Positions 27,619 to 38,612 of a DNA stretch of 64,000 nt are shown here, piece after piece; position 1 is the stretch's first letter; each line of letters opens with the position of its first letter. Source of the stretch: an uncultured virus (IMG/VR IMGVR_UViG_3300021092_000027). Taxonomy: Duplodnaviria > Heunggongvirae > Uroviricota > Caudoviricetes. The stretch lies in the IMG/VR virus record IMGVR_UViG_3300021092_000027. One strand, given 5' to 3'. A program made the position numbers and the translations under genes. The notes under the pieces were generated by a model. That model had not been told where the DNA came from. It saw only the letters and a program-made list of their open reading frames with translations, and searched no databases.

Positions 27619-27854
27619 TTAGTCACTTGCTCATACTTCAAGCGGATCTCCTCCGCTGGTTCTACTATTGTAGCAAGTGTTTCGGAATAAAGCAAGATCT
27701 CGTCATCATTTGACCAGATTGGCCAAGGAGCTAGAGTGCCGTCATCTCGAACCATATATGGTTGGGAGAGATGGCAAGCTGGTTCCTCATCCAGTTGCTC
27801 CACCTTGGAGATCAGGGTCATTCCCGTTCTCAGAATCACTAACATCGTTTTCAT
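27615..27854 (-). CDS. Sm/LSm-like small protein (paralogue C)
   Basis: LVILRTGMTLISKV…QPY…APW…TIVEP pattern. Confidence 0.65.
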   Translation of the reverse strand: MKTMLVILRTGMTLISKVEQLDEEPACHLSQPYMVRDDGTLAPWPIWSNDDEILLYSETLATIVEPAEEIRLKYEQVTK

Positions 27855-28278
27855 TTTCTTCATCCTCTCGTAAGATTTTTTCAGCTTCTTCAAAAATAGA
27901 TTCCATATCCAATTCATTAAGACCCTTACCTGCAAGCATAGCTTCATGCTTCTTGAAGTTTTCTTCGTAGGTATCCTCTTTGATTGCAGAAATATATTGC
28001 TCTGCAATTGTATCCAAAGGATCATATGCAGTTAGCACATGATGACCAGGAAGGAAAAAGTCTCTCTCTTTACTCAGAGGAGCCCAGGGGAACCAGTGCA
28101 ATTGATATCCCTTTTCTCTATTAAAGATAATACCACCGTCTACATCAGAAACAATATCTAGACGAAATGGTTTGTGTAAATGAAAACCGATCGGATCATT
28201 ACTTTCAGGAGAACAGATCTCCTTTACTTCACTAATGATTTCTTCACCAGATTTCAACAACAAAAGCTTTACGCTCAT
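27787..28278 (-). CDS. Sm/LSm-like protein with acidic tail (paralogue B)
   Basis: KLLLLKSGEEIISEV…KPF…FPWAPLS…TAYDP. Confidence 0.7.
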   Translation of the reverse strand: MSVKLLLLKSGEEIISEVKEICSPESNDPIGFHLHKPFRLDIVSDVDGGIIFNREKGYQLHWFPWAPLSKERDFFLPGHHVLTAYDPLDTIAEQYISAIKEDTYEENFKKHEAMLAGKGLNELDMESIFEEAEKILREDEENENDVSDSENGNDPDLQGGATG

Positions 28279-28610
28279 TCTACTTCACCGCCCATTTTAC
28301 GAACATTCTCGATGTATGTATCTCGAAGGCTAGGAACTGGTTCAAGAATAGTTGCAACAAAAGAAGTATTAATTGCCATCTGAACATCTGCACTCAGAGG
28401 ACACCAAGGTTCATAATGAACTTTAACTTCTGGATCAAGCACAATACCTGTACCATCAAGTTGTGGTTGATCGTAAGTAACTTTGTATGGAAAATTAAAT
28501 ACCCAAGCTTGACGTTCTCCAGTATCTTTATGCACTGCTTCCTGAACATCGGCAATCACACGTTCACCATTTACAAGAACTACAACTTTAACTCTATCTG
28601 CGTTGATCAT
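28275..28610 (-). CDS. Sm/LSm-like protein (paralogue A)
   Basis: KVVVLVNGERVIADV…FPY…EPWCPLS…TILEP. Confidence 0.7.
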   Translation of the reverse strand: MINADRVKVVVLVNGERVIADVQEAVHKDTGERQAWVFNFPYKVTYDQPQLDGTGIVLDPEVKVHYEPWCPLSADVQMAINTSFVATILEPVPSLRDTYIENVRKMGGEVE

Positions 28611-28633
28611 ATTTTCAAGTAGTTTTACTATAG

Positions 28634-28662
28634 ATTATAGAGGGGTTCTTGGTCTTTGTCAA
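28634..28662 (-). promoter_or_regulatory. Consensus sigma70 promoter for the Sm-like/gp43 operon
   Basis: TTGACA-N17-TATAAT, overlapped by a 12-bp inverted repeat. Confidence 0.85.
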
Positions 28663-28698
28663 GAACCCCTCAGCGCCGACGATATTTGGCGCAACTAT

Positions 28699-29133
28699 TT
28701 AGAGGTAATCTTTACGAGCATGATGTTCTGGAATAACCTTACCAAGAACAATTGTCAGTAATCCATTATCAAAGGTGACATCTCGTACTTCTGTATCATC
28801 TGAGAGTGTCCATACTCTTTTGAAAGATCGTTGAGCCAATCCCTTATGGACGTAACGTGTGTCAGATTCTTTATCTTCCTTTTGTCCTTCAACAAAAAGT
28901 TTTCCATACTCCGTGTACACATTCACTTCTTCATTTTTAAATCCAGCTAGTGCAATTTCCAGACGTGATTCTACGTTACTTACCTGAACAAGATTGTATG
29001 GAGGATAATTTGAAGTGGTTTCATGAAGATTGAATAGACGGTCAAAGTACTCGTCCATTCCAATACTGTTGCGAGTGATCTTTTCCATCAGGGTAGGAAG
29101 ATCCGCAGCCGTATAACGGGTAACATTAGTCAT
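28699..29133 (-). CDS. hsp20: Small heat-shock protein
   Basis: YPPYN, ALAGF, HKGLAQRSF, NGLLTI. Confidence 0.95.
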   Translation of the reverse strand: MTNVTRYTAADLPTLMEKITRNSIGMDEYFDRLFNLHETTSNYPPYNLVQVSNVESRLEIALAGFKNEEVNVYTEYGKLFVEGQKEDKESDTRYVHKGLAQRSFKRVWTLSDDTEVRDVTFDNGLLTIVLGKVIPEHHARKDYL

Positions 29134-29186
29134 TATGGTAGCTCCTTTAAAAGCGAGTTTGTGTTTTGTGGACCCTTTCGGCATCC
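29131..29186 (-). promoter_or_regulatory. ROSE-like RNA thermometer leader
   Basis: CTCGCTT-TTA-AAGGAG hairpin over the SD plus an upstream GAAA-loop hairpin. Confidence 0.6.
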
Positions 29187-29206
29187 AATACTATTTAACC
29201 ACAAAA

Positions 29207-29288
29207 CGAAAAAGAGAGGAACGGTAAAAACCGAACCTCTCTTTAGGGTGTTCCGACTTTTGTAGAGACCGCACGAAAGATCTCACAA
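29207..29288 (-). ncRNA. Candidate late small RNA
   Basis: TATAAATA at 29289-29296, 5' hairpin, single-stranded linker, terminator hairpin with T-run. Confidence 0.45.
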
Positions 29289-29292
29289 ATAT

Positions 29293-29718
29293 TTATACTG
29301 CCTTTTTCTTTCCGATGTTGTACTTACTCTCCAGTGTCCAATCATTCTTTTCCTTGTAAGAAAGAACTTTGATCTGACTCAGAGGAGCTACATCAACTAC
29401 ATCATCCTTCTTAGCAACAGTGATCAGACCCCAATCACTAAGCAATTGAATAATACGATTCCTTCTCTGTACATCGTTAATGCTAAGATTTGCTTTCTTA
29501 CCATCAAGAGCAAACAACTCTTTAAAGTGTACGATGTAATACCTACCTTGCTTATGAAGGATGTGGCAAGACTGATAGAGTTTCTTTTCTTTGCGAGAAG
29601 CAACACCAATCCTGGTTAAGGTCTCACGAACTTTTAAGAAATCATCTGGTTCATTCAAGCTAACTTCAACCATGCAATCGGAAGTCCAATACACTTCCTG
29701 CTCAGCGACCGCTGTCAT
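29293..29718 (-). CDS. regA: Translational repressor RegA
   Basis: DDFLKVRETLTRIG, LYQSCHILHKQG, YYIVHFKE. Confidence 0.97.
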   Translation of the reverse strand: MTAVAEQEVYWTSDCMVEVSLNEPDDFLKVRETLTRIGVASRKEKKLYQSCHILHKQGRYYIVHFKELFALDGKKANLSINDVQRRNRIIQLLSDWGLITVAKKDDVVDVAPLSQIKVLSYKEKNDWTLESKYNIGKKKAV

Positions 29719-30098
29719 CTTTTTCCTCCCATGTCATGTTTTGTTCTAATAAAATCAAGTTGTTGTTCAGTTAGAAGAGTGAGAGCGATCTTTGCTTTTT
29801 CGTTGCTATAACCATAGTAACTTTTTACATGCTCTAGATCGTCAATCTTAGCTTTCTTCAACCAAGGTGAAAACCGTTTTCGTTTCCTAACGATATTTAT
29901 ATAAAAATCATATTGCATCCTCTTATCTAGATGATGCGCTTTGTTCATTTCGTTTGCAAACAGAACAGTATCAACGTGTCCAGCAAGACACTTGTTGATA
30001 ATGTAAGGAGGATATGCTTTTTCTAAAGTAGGATCTTCTTCTAGAATATTTTGTTTGTTATCATTAATACTGTTTAACCAGTCCTTCAATTCTGCCAT
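29715..30098 (-). CDS. gp62: Clamp loader small subunit
   Basis: ANEMN, QYDF, RKRFSPW, YYGYSNEKA. Confidence 0.93.
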   Translation of the reverse strand: MAELKDWLNSINDNKQNILEEDPTLEKAYPPYIINKCLAGHVDTVLFANEMNKAHHLDKRMQYDFYINIVRKRKRFSPWLKKAKIDDLEHVKSYYGYSNEKAKIALTLLTEQQLDFIRTKHDMGGKR

Positions 30099-30100
30099 AA

Positions 30101-30313
30101 TTAAGTGATAATCTTAGTTGGACCAACGACTCCAGTTCCACCACTATTGACCTTGTAAATAGCAACAGAACCACTCTTGAGGGTCACATGAACCTCATCA
30201 CCATTAATCAACGCAAACTGTGCATTTGGACAGAACGTTGATAGAGCTCCTCTTGTAGTGTGATACAGTTGGCAGTAACCACTACGGAGAACACGCACCC
30301 CTAAACTTCCCAT
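30101..30313 (-). CDS. Small hypothetical protein
   Basis: 70 aa ORF in operon context. Confidence 0.65.
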   Translation of the reverse strand: MGSLGVRVLRSGYCQLYHTTRGALSTFCPNAQFALINGDEVHVTLKSGSVAIYKVNSGGTGVVGPTKIIT

Positions 30314-31166
30314 AATTAGTAAGAATCAATTCACGACGGTCTTGTTGGTCTGCCATGTAATCTCCAGTAGATCGCATGGTATAAGTGTGGGCATAATCAT
30401 ACTGACACCATTCAGTAAACCTTTGACAAATGTCTGGATGATTGTTGTATGAGATCATGATGTTGCATAACCAGCAATCCATCTCATCAGCAAAACGAGA
30501 GTGATCAAATCCCTTGTGCATACTTCCTTTATTGCCATAGAGATTATCTTTAATGTCATAGGGAGGATCCGCATACACAAAGACATTCTTATCATCAGAC
30601 TTAAGATGATCGTATGACAAGTTTGTAATCCTCCACTTCTCAATTACTTTTGAGTAGTCTGGGAACTTTTCAATTCCTCGCAAGGTGAAGTTGGCGACGC
30701 TTGCTTGTTTTGAGAAGGAGGAAGATTCAGTAAGACCAGAAAAAGAGCACTTATTGACAATCCAAAAATCAATAGCTCTCTGGTAGTTATTTGCTGTTCC
30801 GTCATTTAGTTCACTTTTAGCTTTAAGAAATACCTGTTCGGCTCTTGCGTAATATGAGTTGAGTTCTACAGAGTCTGATTTGTCGGGAACAACTCCAAGA
30901 TCATTTTTAATTTGAGTTAGATCTTTACACATCTCAGGTCCAAACGCCTGAAGTTGTTGCCAAAAGTTAACCAGTGGCTCATAAAGATCATTTACCCAAA
31001 CCACTCTACCTGGAAAAGATTTGGCAACTTCTATTGCCATACTACCACCACCTAAGAAAGGTTCTCTATATTCAGAGAACGGTTCATCAGGCAAATATTC
31101 AAATAGCTTAGTTAAAGCTCTGGACTTACCGCCAGGATAACGAAGAGGTGTTTTCAGAGATTTCAT
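30282..31166 (-). CDS. dam: DNA adenine methyltransferase (Dam-like)
   Basis: YPGGKS, EPFLGGGS, DPPY. Confidence 0.9.
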   Translation of the reverse strand: MKSLKTPLRYPGGKSRALTKLFEYLPDEPFSEYREPFLGGGSMAIEVAKSFPGRVVWVNDLYEPLVNFWQQLQAFGPEMCKDLTQIKNDLGVVPDKSDSVELNSYYARAEQVFLKAKSELNDGTANNYQRAIDFWIVNKCSFSGLTESSSFSKQASVANFTLRGIEKFPDYSKVIEKWRITNLSYDHLKSDDKNVFVYADPPYDIKDNLYGNKGSMHKGFDHSRFADEMDCWLCNIMISYNNHPDICQRFTEWCQYDYAHTYTMRSTGDYMADQQDRRELILTNYGKFRGACSP

Positions 31167-31168
31167 AA

Positions 31169-31708
31169 TTACATAAAGGTACAGATAAGAACCACTCGTC
31201 TTGATTTTGAAGGAAGGTAATGATAGTGTTCTCCCTCAAAAACTATTATAGCATCTTCTTTTGGGGAAAAGGATTCTCCTCCACAAACAGTATCACCATC
31301 TCCACCATTTAAATAAATAAGTAAATTTTTATGAGGGAAATCATGATCTACATGTGGTAATGTTTTTTCAGATCCTATAACTGGTATAGTTAAATTTACT
31401 CCAATCCTAAAAACACATTCAACATTTATTTTATTATAAAGAAATATTTGCTGAAGTATGGAATTAGCTATGTTGACGTATGCAGAAGTTTGCTTTGGGT
31501 ATAAATTATAATCAGGTGGATCCAAAGGTCGTTTTACTATGGTGTGAGTAAATACTGGAATTGGATTTTTATGTGGATTATCATCTTCATCCTGAACACT
31601 ATCCGCAGTCCAACACCAAGGAAAGTAACAATCAAGAACTTCTTTTTTAAATTTTAAATATTCTTGAGTTTTTGGATTACTAAACTCCGAAATCATTTGA
31701 ATTGACAC
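31169..31708 (-). CDS. 2OG-Fe(II) oxygenase-like protein
   Basis: PHVDH, LLIYLN, HYH, RVVL; AT-rich. Confidence 0.75.
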   Translation of the reverse strand: MSIQMISEFSNPKTQEYLKFKKEVLDCYFPWCWTADSVQDEDDNPHKNPIPVFTHTIVKRPLDPPDYNLYPKQTSAYVNIANSILQQIFLYNKINVECVFRIGVNLTIPVIGSEKTLPHVDHDFPHKNLLIYLNGGDGDTVCGGESFSPKEDAIIVFEGEHYHYLPSKSRRVVLICTFM

Positions 31709-32637
31709 TCACACATAATTTCAGTAAGAGCAGCAAGAAGATTAATTTCTTGATCAGCAACAAAAGCAGATTGATACTGATACTTGGCAATCACCAAGAC
31801 TGCATGAGGAATGCTCTGAGGTTGAAGACTATCATACAGAGTTTCATAGATCGTCCTAAGAATAATGTTAGGGTCATTATCCAAATTAGTATTGACCCAC
31901 TTACGAGCTAAGGTAAACTCTTTATTCTTCAAAGCTTCCATAAGTTCGCCCATGCGAACTTCCGCCATGTTGGCAAGAATACCTGTATCAATTATACCAC
32001 CAACGCTATAACGTTGCAACTCATTTAGGGTACGTCGAAAATCGGGAAAGTACTTTTGGACAACCTCTGCGAGAACCTTCGGATCATACTTGATACTTTC
32101 GCTCTCAAGTATAGTCCTGACACGGTTGAAGAAATTTCCAGCAATCTGAACTTTTTGCTTTCCTTTGATTCCAAAGTCAACAACGGCACACCTTGAGTGG
32201 AGTGGTTCGATAATTTTGTTCTTGTAGTTGCAGGTAAAGATGAAACGGCAATTGCCAGCAAATTCCTCAATAGACGCCCGTAGGAGGAGCTGTACATCGT
32301 GGGTTGTGTTGTCTGCCTCATCAATAATAATAACCTTGTGCTTAGCAGACGAGGTAAGTGAGACGGTCGAAGCGAAAGACTTCGCATGGTTTCTGACAGT
32401 ATCAAGGAATCTACCTTCGTCGGATCCATTAATGACATAGGAATCTACATTAAGTTCATTACACAGTGCTTTAGCTACCGTGGTCTTTCCAATACCAGCG
32501 GTGCCACAAAGAAGAAGGTTGGGGATCTCCCCAGCATCAACAAAAGATTGGAATGTATCCTTCGTTTCTTTAGGAAGAATACAGTCCTCAATAGTTTGTG
32601 GGCGATACTTTTCAACCCACAGAAAATCATCCTTCAT
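31693..32637 (-). CDS. gp44: Clamp loader large subunit
   Basis: LWVEKYRP, GTAGIGKT, IIDEAD, SRC. Confidence 0.96.
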   Translation of the reverse strand: MKDDFLWVEKYRPQTIEDCILPKETKDTFQSFVDAGEIPNLLLCGTAGIGKTTVAKALCNELNVDSYVINGSDEGRFLDTVRNHAKSFASTVSLTSSAKHKVIIIDEADNTTHDVQLLLRASIEEFAGNCRFIFTCNYKNKIIEPLHSRCAVVDFGIKGKQKVQIAGNFFNRVRTILESESIKYDPKVLAEVVQKYFPDFRRTLNELQRYSVGGIIDTGILANMAEVRMGELMEALKNKEFTLARKWVNTNLDNDPNIILRTIYETLYDSLQPQSIPHAVLVIAKYQYQSAFVADQEINLLAALTEIMCECQFK

Positions 32638-33281
32638 ACTTAGAGTCGGGTTCAAGGGCAATCAAATATTCCAAATCCAGTGTAGCATGTCTGAAGAGAG
32701 ATGCGTTGTGCTTACTGACAACGACAGAATAATCACCAGGAAGAAGCTTCAGGGTCTCAACCTTAAAATTGAAACAGAAGTTCGAATCTGTTTCTCCAAC
32801 GCTAACAGCATAGCTGTTAGAGGTGTCATTCTTTTTATCTCTAACGACCAGATCAATAGTAGATCCATTTCCAACGACAGACAGATCTTCTACACCATAG
32901 ATGCCAGCAGCTTTAATAATGTTTGAAAGGTCGGTTGACGATACAAGGAAGCAAACATCTTGAGTTGGCAACTCAACTTTTTTATCTGGTGGAGTTGTAA
33001 TTACAGAAGGATCTGCAAAGAAATACCGAGTCTTGTTACGACTATCTTTAATTGTAAGATAACTATCGTTTGTAAAATCAAACTCAGCATCGTTGAATAG
33101 AGTCAGACCAGAGAGAAACTCACTCAGATCATAGATTGCAAAGTCTCTTGGAAACTTTTCTTCTACAACGCAACGACCAAGAATGTTTTTTTGAATCGAA
33201 AGAGTTGAAACTTGACTACCTTTCTTAAAGCAAATCGACTGATTGATAGTGGAGAAATTCTTCAGAATGTCGAGGGTACTT

Positions 33282-33295
<14 letters not shown>
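32627..33295 (-). CDS. gp45: Sliding clamp
   Basis: MKLS…ILKNFSTIN, IYDLSEFL, YLIALE. Confidence 0.95.
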
Positions 33296-35407
<2,112 letters not shown>

Positions 35408-35477
35408 AGTTGGTTTCCTTGATTGGTATGGACATATCATAAAGCAAAAACCCGCCTCAGGGGCGGGCAGTGGACAC

Positions 35478-35813
35478 TTAAGAAAGTGGTCTGAAGAACT
35501 CCTGACTAACCATGTTGTCAGCATAAAGCATTTTCCTCATGTATTCGACTCCATCCTGAGGGGTTGTGTGATCTCCACATGTAAAAATATCACAGACCGC
35601 CATCCCTAACTCTGGCCAAGTGTGAATGCTGATATGACTTTCAGCAAGCATAGCTACACACGTCACTCCTTGTGGATCAAACTTGTGAGAATTAATCGCC
35701 AACAGAGTCGAGTTGCATTTGATAGCGGCATATAACACGACATCTTTGACGTATTGCTCATCATCAAGAAGTACAGCAGAACAGTTTTTCAAAGTAAAAA
35801 GGACGTGTCTCAT
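35478..35813 (-). CDS. speD: S-adenosylmethionine decarboxylase proenzyme family
   Basis: LAESHISIHTWPE, DIFTCG. Confidence 0.9.
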   Translation of the reverse strand: MRHVLFTLKNCSAVLLDDEQYVKDVVLYAAIKCNSTLLAINSHKFDPQGVTCVAMLAESHISIHTWPELGMAVCDIFTCGDHTTPQDGVEYMRKMLYADNMVSQEFFRPLS

Positions 35814-36337
35814 ATCCAGTAAGGTTTTCTCTCAGGTTTACGAAGGTAATTTGAAGCAGCCCAAGGTTTAGATGCAACATACATTTTGTATGCGTCGAAT
35901 GTATCTATACTTGTGTCAAGCTTAAATTCATCTGGCATGGCACGGGCAAAGTTCTCTGCCATGCAATAACAAGTTATGGTCTTACTGGTTTGCTGATGAA
36001 AAATTAACTTAGCTTCAAACAAAGACTTGGCGCACGAATGCACTTTATTATATCTATAAGAGTATTCAGATGACAAAGCACAACCGTGCTGAATCAACCA
36101 AGCTAGATTGTAAATGTTTTGTGCTGCCCATTTTGTACAAGGATGATTACGAAAAGCACCCTTTGCTGTTGAATAAGCTTGTCCATCTGCTCTATGAATT
36201 TCACCCCAGTTAAGATACCACTTAGAGTAGATGATGGAGATCATCTGACAACATTCTAGTGGCATCTTAACGATGTGCTTATCTGGCAAAGAGATAGCAG
36301 ATCTACGGGGAGATGGATCGGTCGCGAAAATGTTCAT
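35810..36337 (-). CDS. Pyrimidine-dimer DNA glycosylase-like protein
   Basis: MNIF…DKHIVKMPLECCQM…NHPCTKW. Confidence 0.7.
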   Translation of the reverse strand: MNIFATDPSPRRSAISLPDKHIVKMPLECCQMISIIYSKWYLNWGEIHRADGQAYSTAKGAFRNHPCTKWAAQNIYNLAWLIQHGCALSSEYSYRYNKVHSCAKSLFEAKLIFHQQTSKTITCYCMAENFARAMPDEFKLDTSIDTFDAYKMYVASKPWAASNYLRKPERKPYWI

Positions 36338-38439
36338 GCAATCTGCTCGATAAAGGATGAGAGAATCTTCTTGTTGGACTTCTTGCCGCTCAGGGCTTTT
36401 CTAAATGCACTCTTGATCTGTGCTTTAGACGCATCCTCTCCTACTACAAACTCGGTGTCTGTGTCAAGGCTTTCGTTACGAAGTGCGTAGGAAATGCTGT
36501 ATGCAGTATGTGGATTGATGTAGCAGCGATTCTTCTTCCACTCTTCATCAGCTTGGATTGAGTAGGTACGCCCATAAGGAAGATCGGACATCTTGTAACG
36601 ATTCCATTCACGACCAGAGAGGATTCGAATCGAAATGATCTCACAGTCAGAGAAACGATCTCGGAAGTTTTGCACAAAAGTGCTGGTCTGAGCCCACTGA
36701 TTATGACCAAACTGATAGGTCTTTCCAGTCTTTCTATCGCGAAGCAGACAGTTACCGTAAATAGGATTGCGAATAATCATAGAAGATCCATCACGATAAT
36801 TGCGGACTGACTTACTACGGCACATGGGATGACCCTCACCATCAGTCAGATTAATGATGTGAACCTTCTCGCACTTGTTTTCCTTCTTGAACTTAGGTGC
36901 GATATGGAACATAGATAGCACAGCTTCATTCAACGGAGTGCCAGAAAGATGAAGCTTCCTAGCAACAGGATAGTATGTCGGAAAGTTTGCACGACCTAAA
37001 GTAGCTGCAAGTCTAAAAAGATTGCGGCACTGACGCTCATGCTCGGAGTTGTTGGACTTGCTAGTAAGAAGAGTCAGCATGGAAAAATCTGGATGAATCC
37101 AAATCTTATTTGCCTCTTCATGAGCAAAGTCTCGAAAAGTTTCTGGAGTCCAACCATCACTAAAAGCATACACGGTGTATGCAATACCAACTTTACGGCA
37201 GAATAAAACCAGAGCAATCAACTGCTTGAAGGTAGCAAAGATTGTATCCCGCATAGAACCAGACCAATCAAGGTTAAAGATCAGACCATGGTTCTTGCCC
37301 TGCTGAAGGTTGGTAACCTTCTTGAAGAGATCTTCGTTGTACTTATAGGTATGAAGCTTAGTGCAATCCAGAACACCAGTGCGAGAGGTAGTAGCGCGAG
37401 CATATGAGCTTGCAGACTTCTTACACTCAAACTCTTTCACGAGATAGTTGACTTCCTGGGCACAGTTTTTCTTGAACTGACGATACTCAGAATCTACACG
37501 GTAGAAAGATTCACTACTATCATCATAATCATTTGCTTCCCAGGCACCTTGAATGTGCTCATGGACACGGGAATTGCTAACGATGACTTGGTTCCAATCG
37601 AAGTTCGGAACTTCGAGATAATCAAACAATCCGCCGTTGTTGTCAATCAGATCCTTAACAAAGTCGTTAAAGTTAGAATCAGTCTGAACCTCAACATCAT
37701 CTGCACCATGATCTTCAAAGTCCTGGGATTCCTGCTTGATCTCAGGAGAACGAGAACCAGAAAGATCGGAAGGAGATTCATTAGTACTATCATCTTCATT
37801 CTCCCCATCCTGAGAATCAGAGAAGTCAGATTGAGTAGACTGACCCTGAGATGGTGAAGTGCTCTGAGGAGCATCAGCATCAAGATCTTCTACTTTCTCT
37901 TTGATGGATTCCTTACAGAACTTATAGATAAGCTTTGCAAGCTCAACAGCATCAGCAAAAGTCTCCAGAGAGTTTGCAATACTCACAAACTCTTTTTCCT
38001 CTTCGGAGAAAGGAACGGTAACAAAATTACCAATCTTGAAATGAATGTTCAGACGATCGGCAGTGTTATAGGAACTGAGATCGGAATCACCGATAGAGAA
38101 GAAGTCTTGGTCGCTGAGATCTTTATATCCACGGAAGAAAGTCTTTGCAAGACCAGGATAGCGACGCTTCATCAACTTCTCAACACGAATGTCCTCAGTG
38201 ACATTCACAAATTGAGTAGGAACCTCGCTCTCAAAAGACCAGTCATTAGGAGTGTAGAGAGCATGTCCAACCTCATGCGAGATCAACAAATCAAGAACAT
38301 CATTACTAGCTTTCTTCCACATAGGAAGAGTGAGCACACGAGTCTCTACGTTGAACTGTGCAGTCTCAACCTGTCTGTGCTCAACAATCAGATCCTCTTG
38401 AGCGAGAAGGCGAGCGAGATGGTCTTTGACGTTGTTCAT
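36334..38439 (-). CDS. CobT-like protein with HExxH motif and VWA domain
   Basis: HEVGH; acidic linker; DWSGSM MIDAS, GTPL, LTDGE. Confidence 0.85.
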   Translation of the reverse strand: MNNVKDHLARLLAQEDLIVEHRQVETAQFNVETRVLTLPMWKKASNDVLDLLISHEVGHALYTPNDWSFESEVPTQFVNVTEDIRVEKLMKRRYPGLAKTFFRGYKDLSDQDFFSIGDSDLSSYNTADRLNIHFKIGNFVTVPFSEEEKEFVSIANSLETFADAVELAKLIYKFCKESIKEKVEDLDADAPQSTSPSQGQSTQSDFSDSQDGENEDDSTNESPSDLSGSRSPEIKQESQDFEDHGADDVEVQTDSNFNDFVKDLIDNNGGLFDYLEVPNFDWNQVIVSNSRVHEHIQGAWEANDYDDSSESFYRVDSEYRQFKKNCAQEVNYLVKEFECKKSASSYARATTSRTGVLDCTKLHTYKYNEDLFKKVTNLQQGKNHGLIFNLDWSGSMRDTIFATFKQLIALVLFCRKVGIAYTVYAFSDGWTPETFRDFAHEEANKIWIHPDFSMLTLLTSKSNNSEHERQCRNLFRLAATLGRANFPTYYPVARKLHLSGTPLNEAVLSMFHIAPKFKKENKCEKVHIINLTDGEGHPMCRSKSVRNYRDGSSMIIRNPIYGNCLLRDRKTGKTYQFGHNQWAQTSTFVQNFRDRFSDCEIISIRILSGREWNRYKMSDLPYGRTYSIQADEEWKKNRCYINPHTAYSISYALRNESLDTDTEFVVGEDASKAQIKSAFRKALSGKKSNKKILSSFIEQIA

Positions 38440-38612
38440 ACTGAGGTCTCTTGGATGTACCTACAATACGAAGAAACCCCGCGCTTGGCGGGGTTCATGT
38501 GACACTTCTTGAAGTGGCTCAGGCGAGCTTTCGCTTGTCTTAGTGCCTGTGGCTTAAGGTGGCGCTTCTTCTCCTTCTTGGAGTGGTGCTGCCAGTTTGG
38601 TACGTTAGTCAC
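38436..38612 (-). CDS. Small basic protein (PNWQHHSKKEKKRHLKPQALRQ)
   Basis: Frame in the track ORF; GTG start near 38612 inferred. Confidence 0.55.
   Translation of the reverse strand: MTNVPNWQHHSKKEKKRHLKPQALRQAKARLSHFKKCHMNPAKRGVSSYCRYIQETSV

Noticed and set aside
29134..29184. N-terminal extensions in the ORF track (hsp20, cobS, nrdB, gp41, gp44, gp45, gp3)
   Set aside because: Downstream ATGs have better SD context or family-typical N-termini; the extensions run through regulatory DNA or the previous gene
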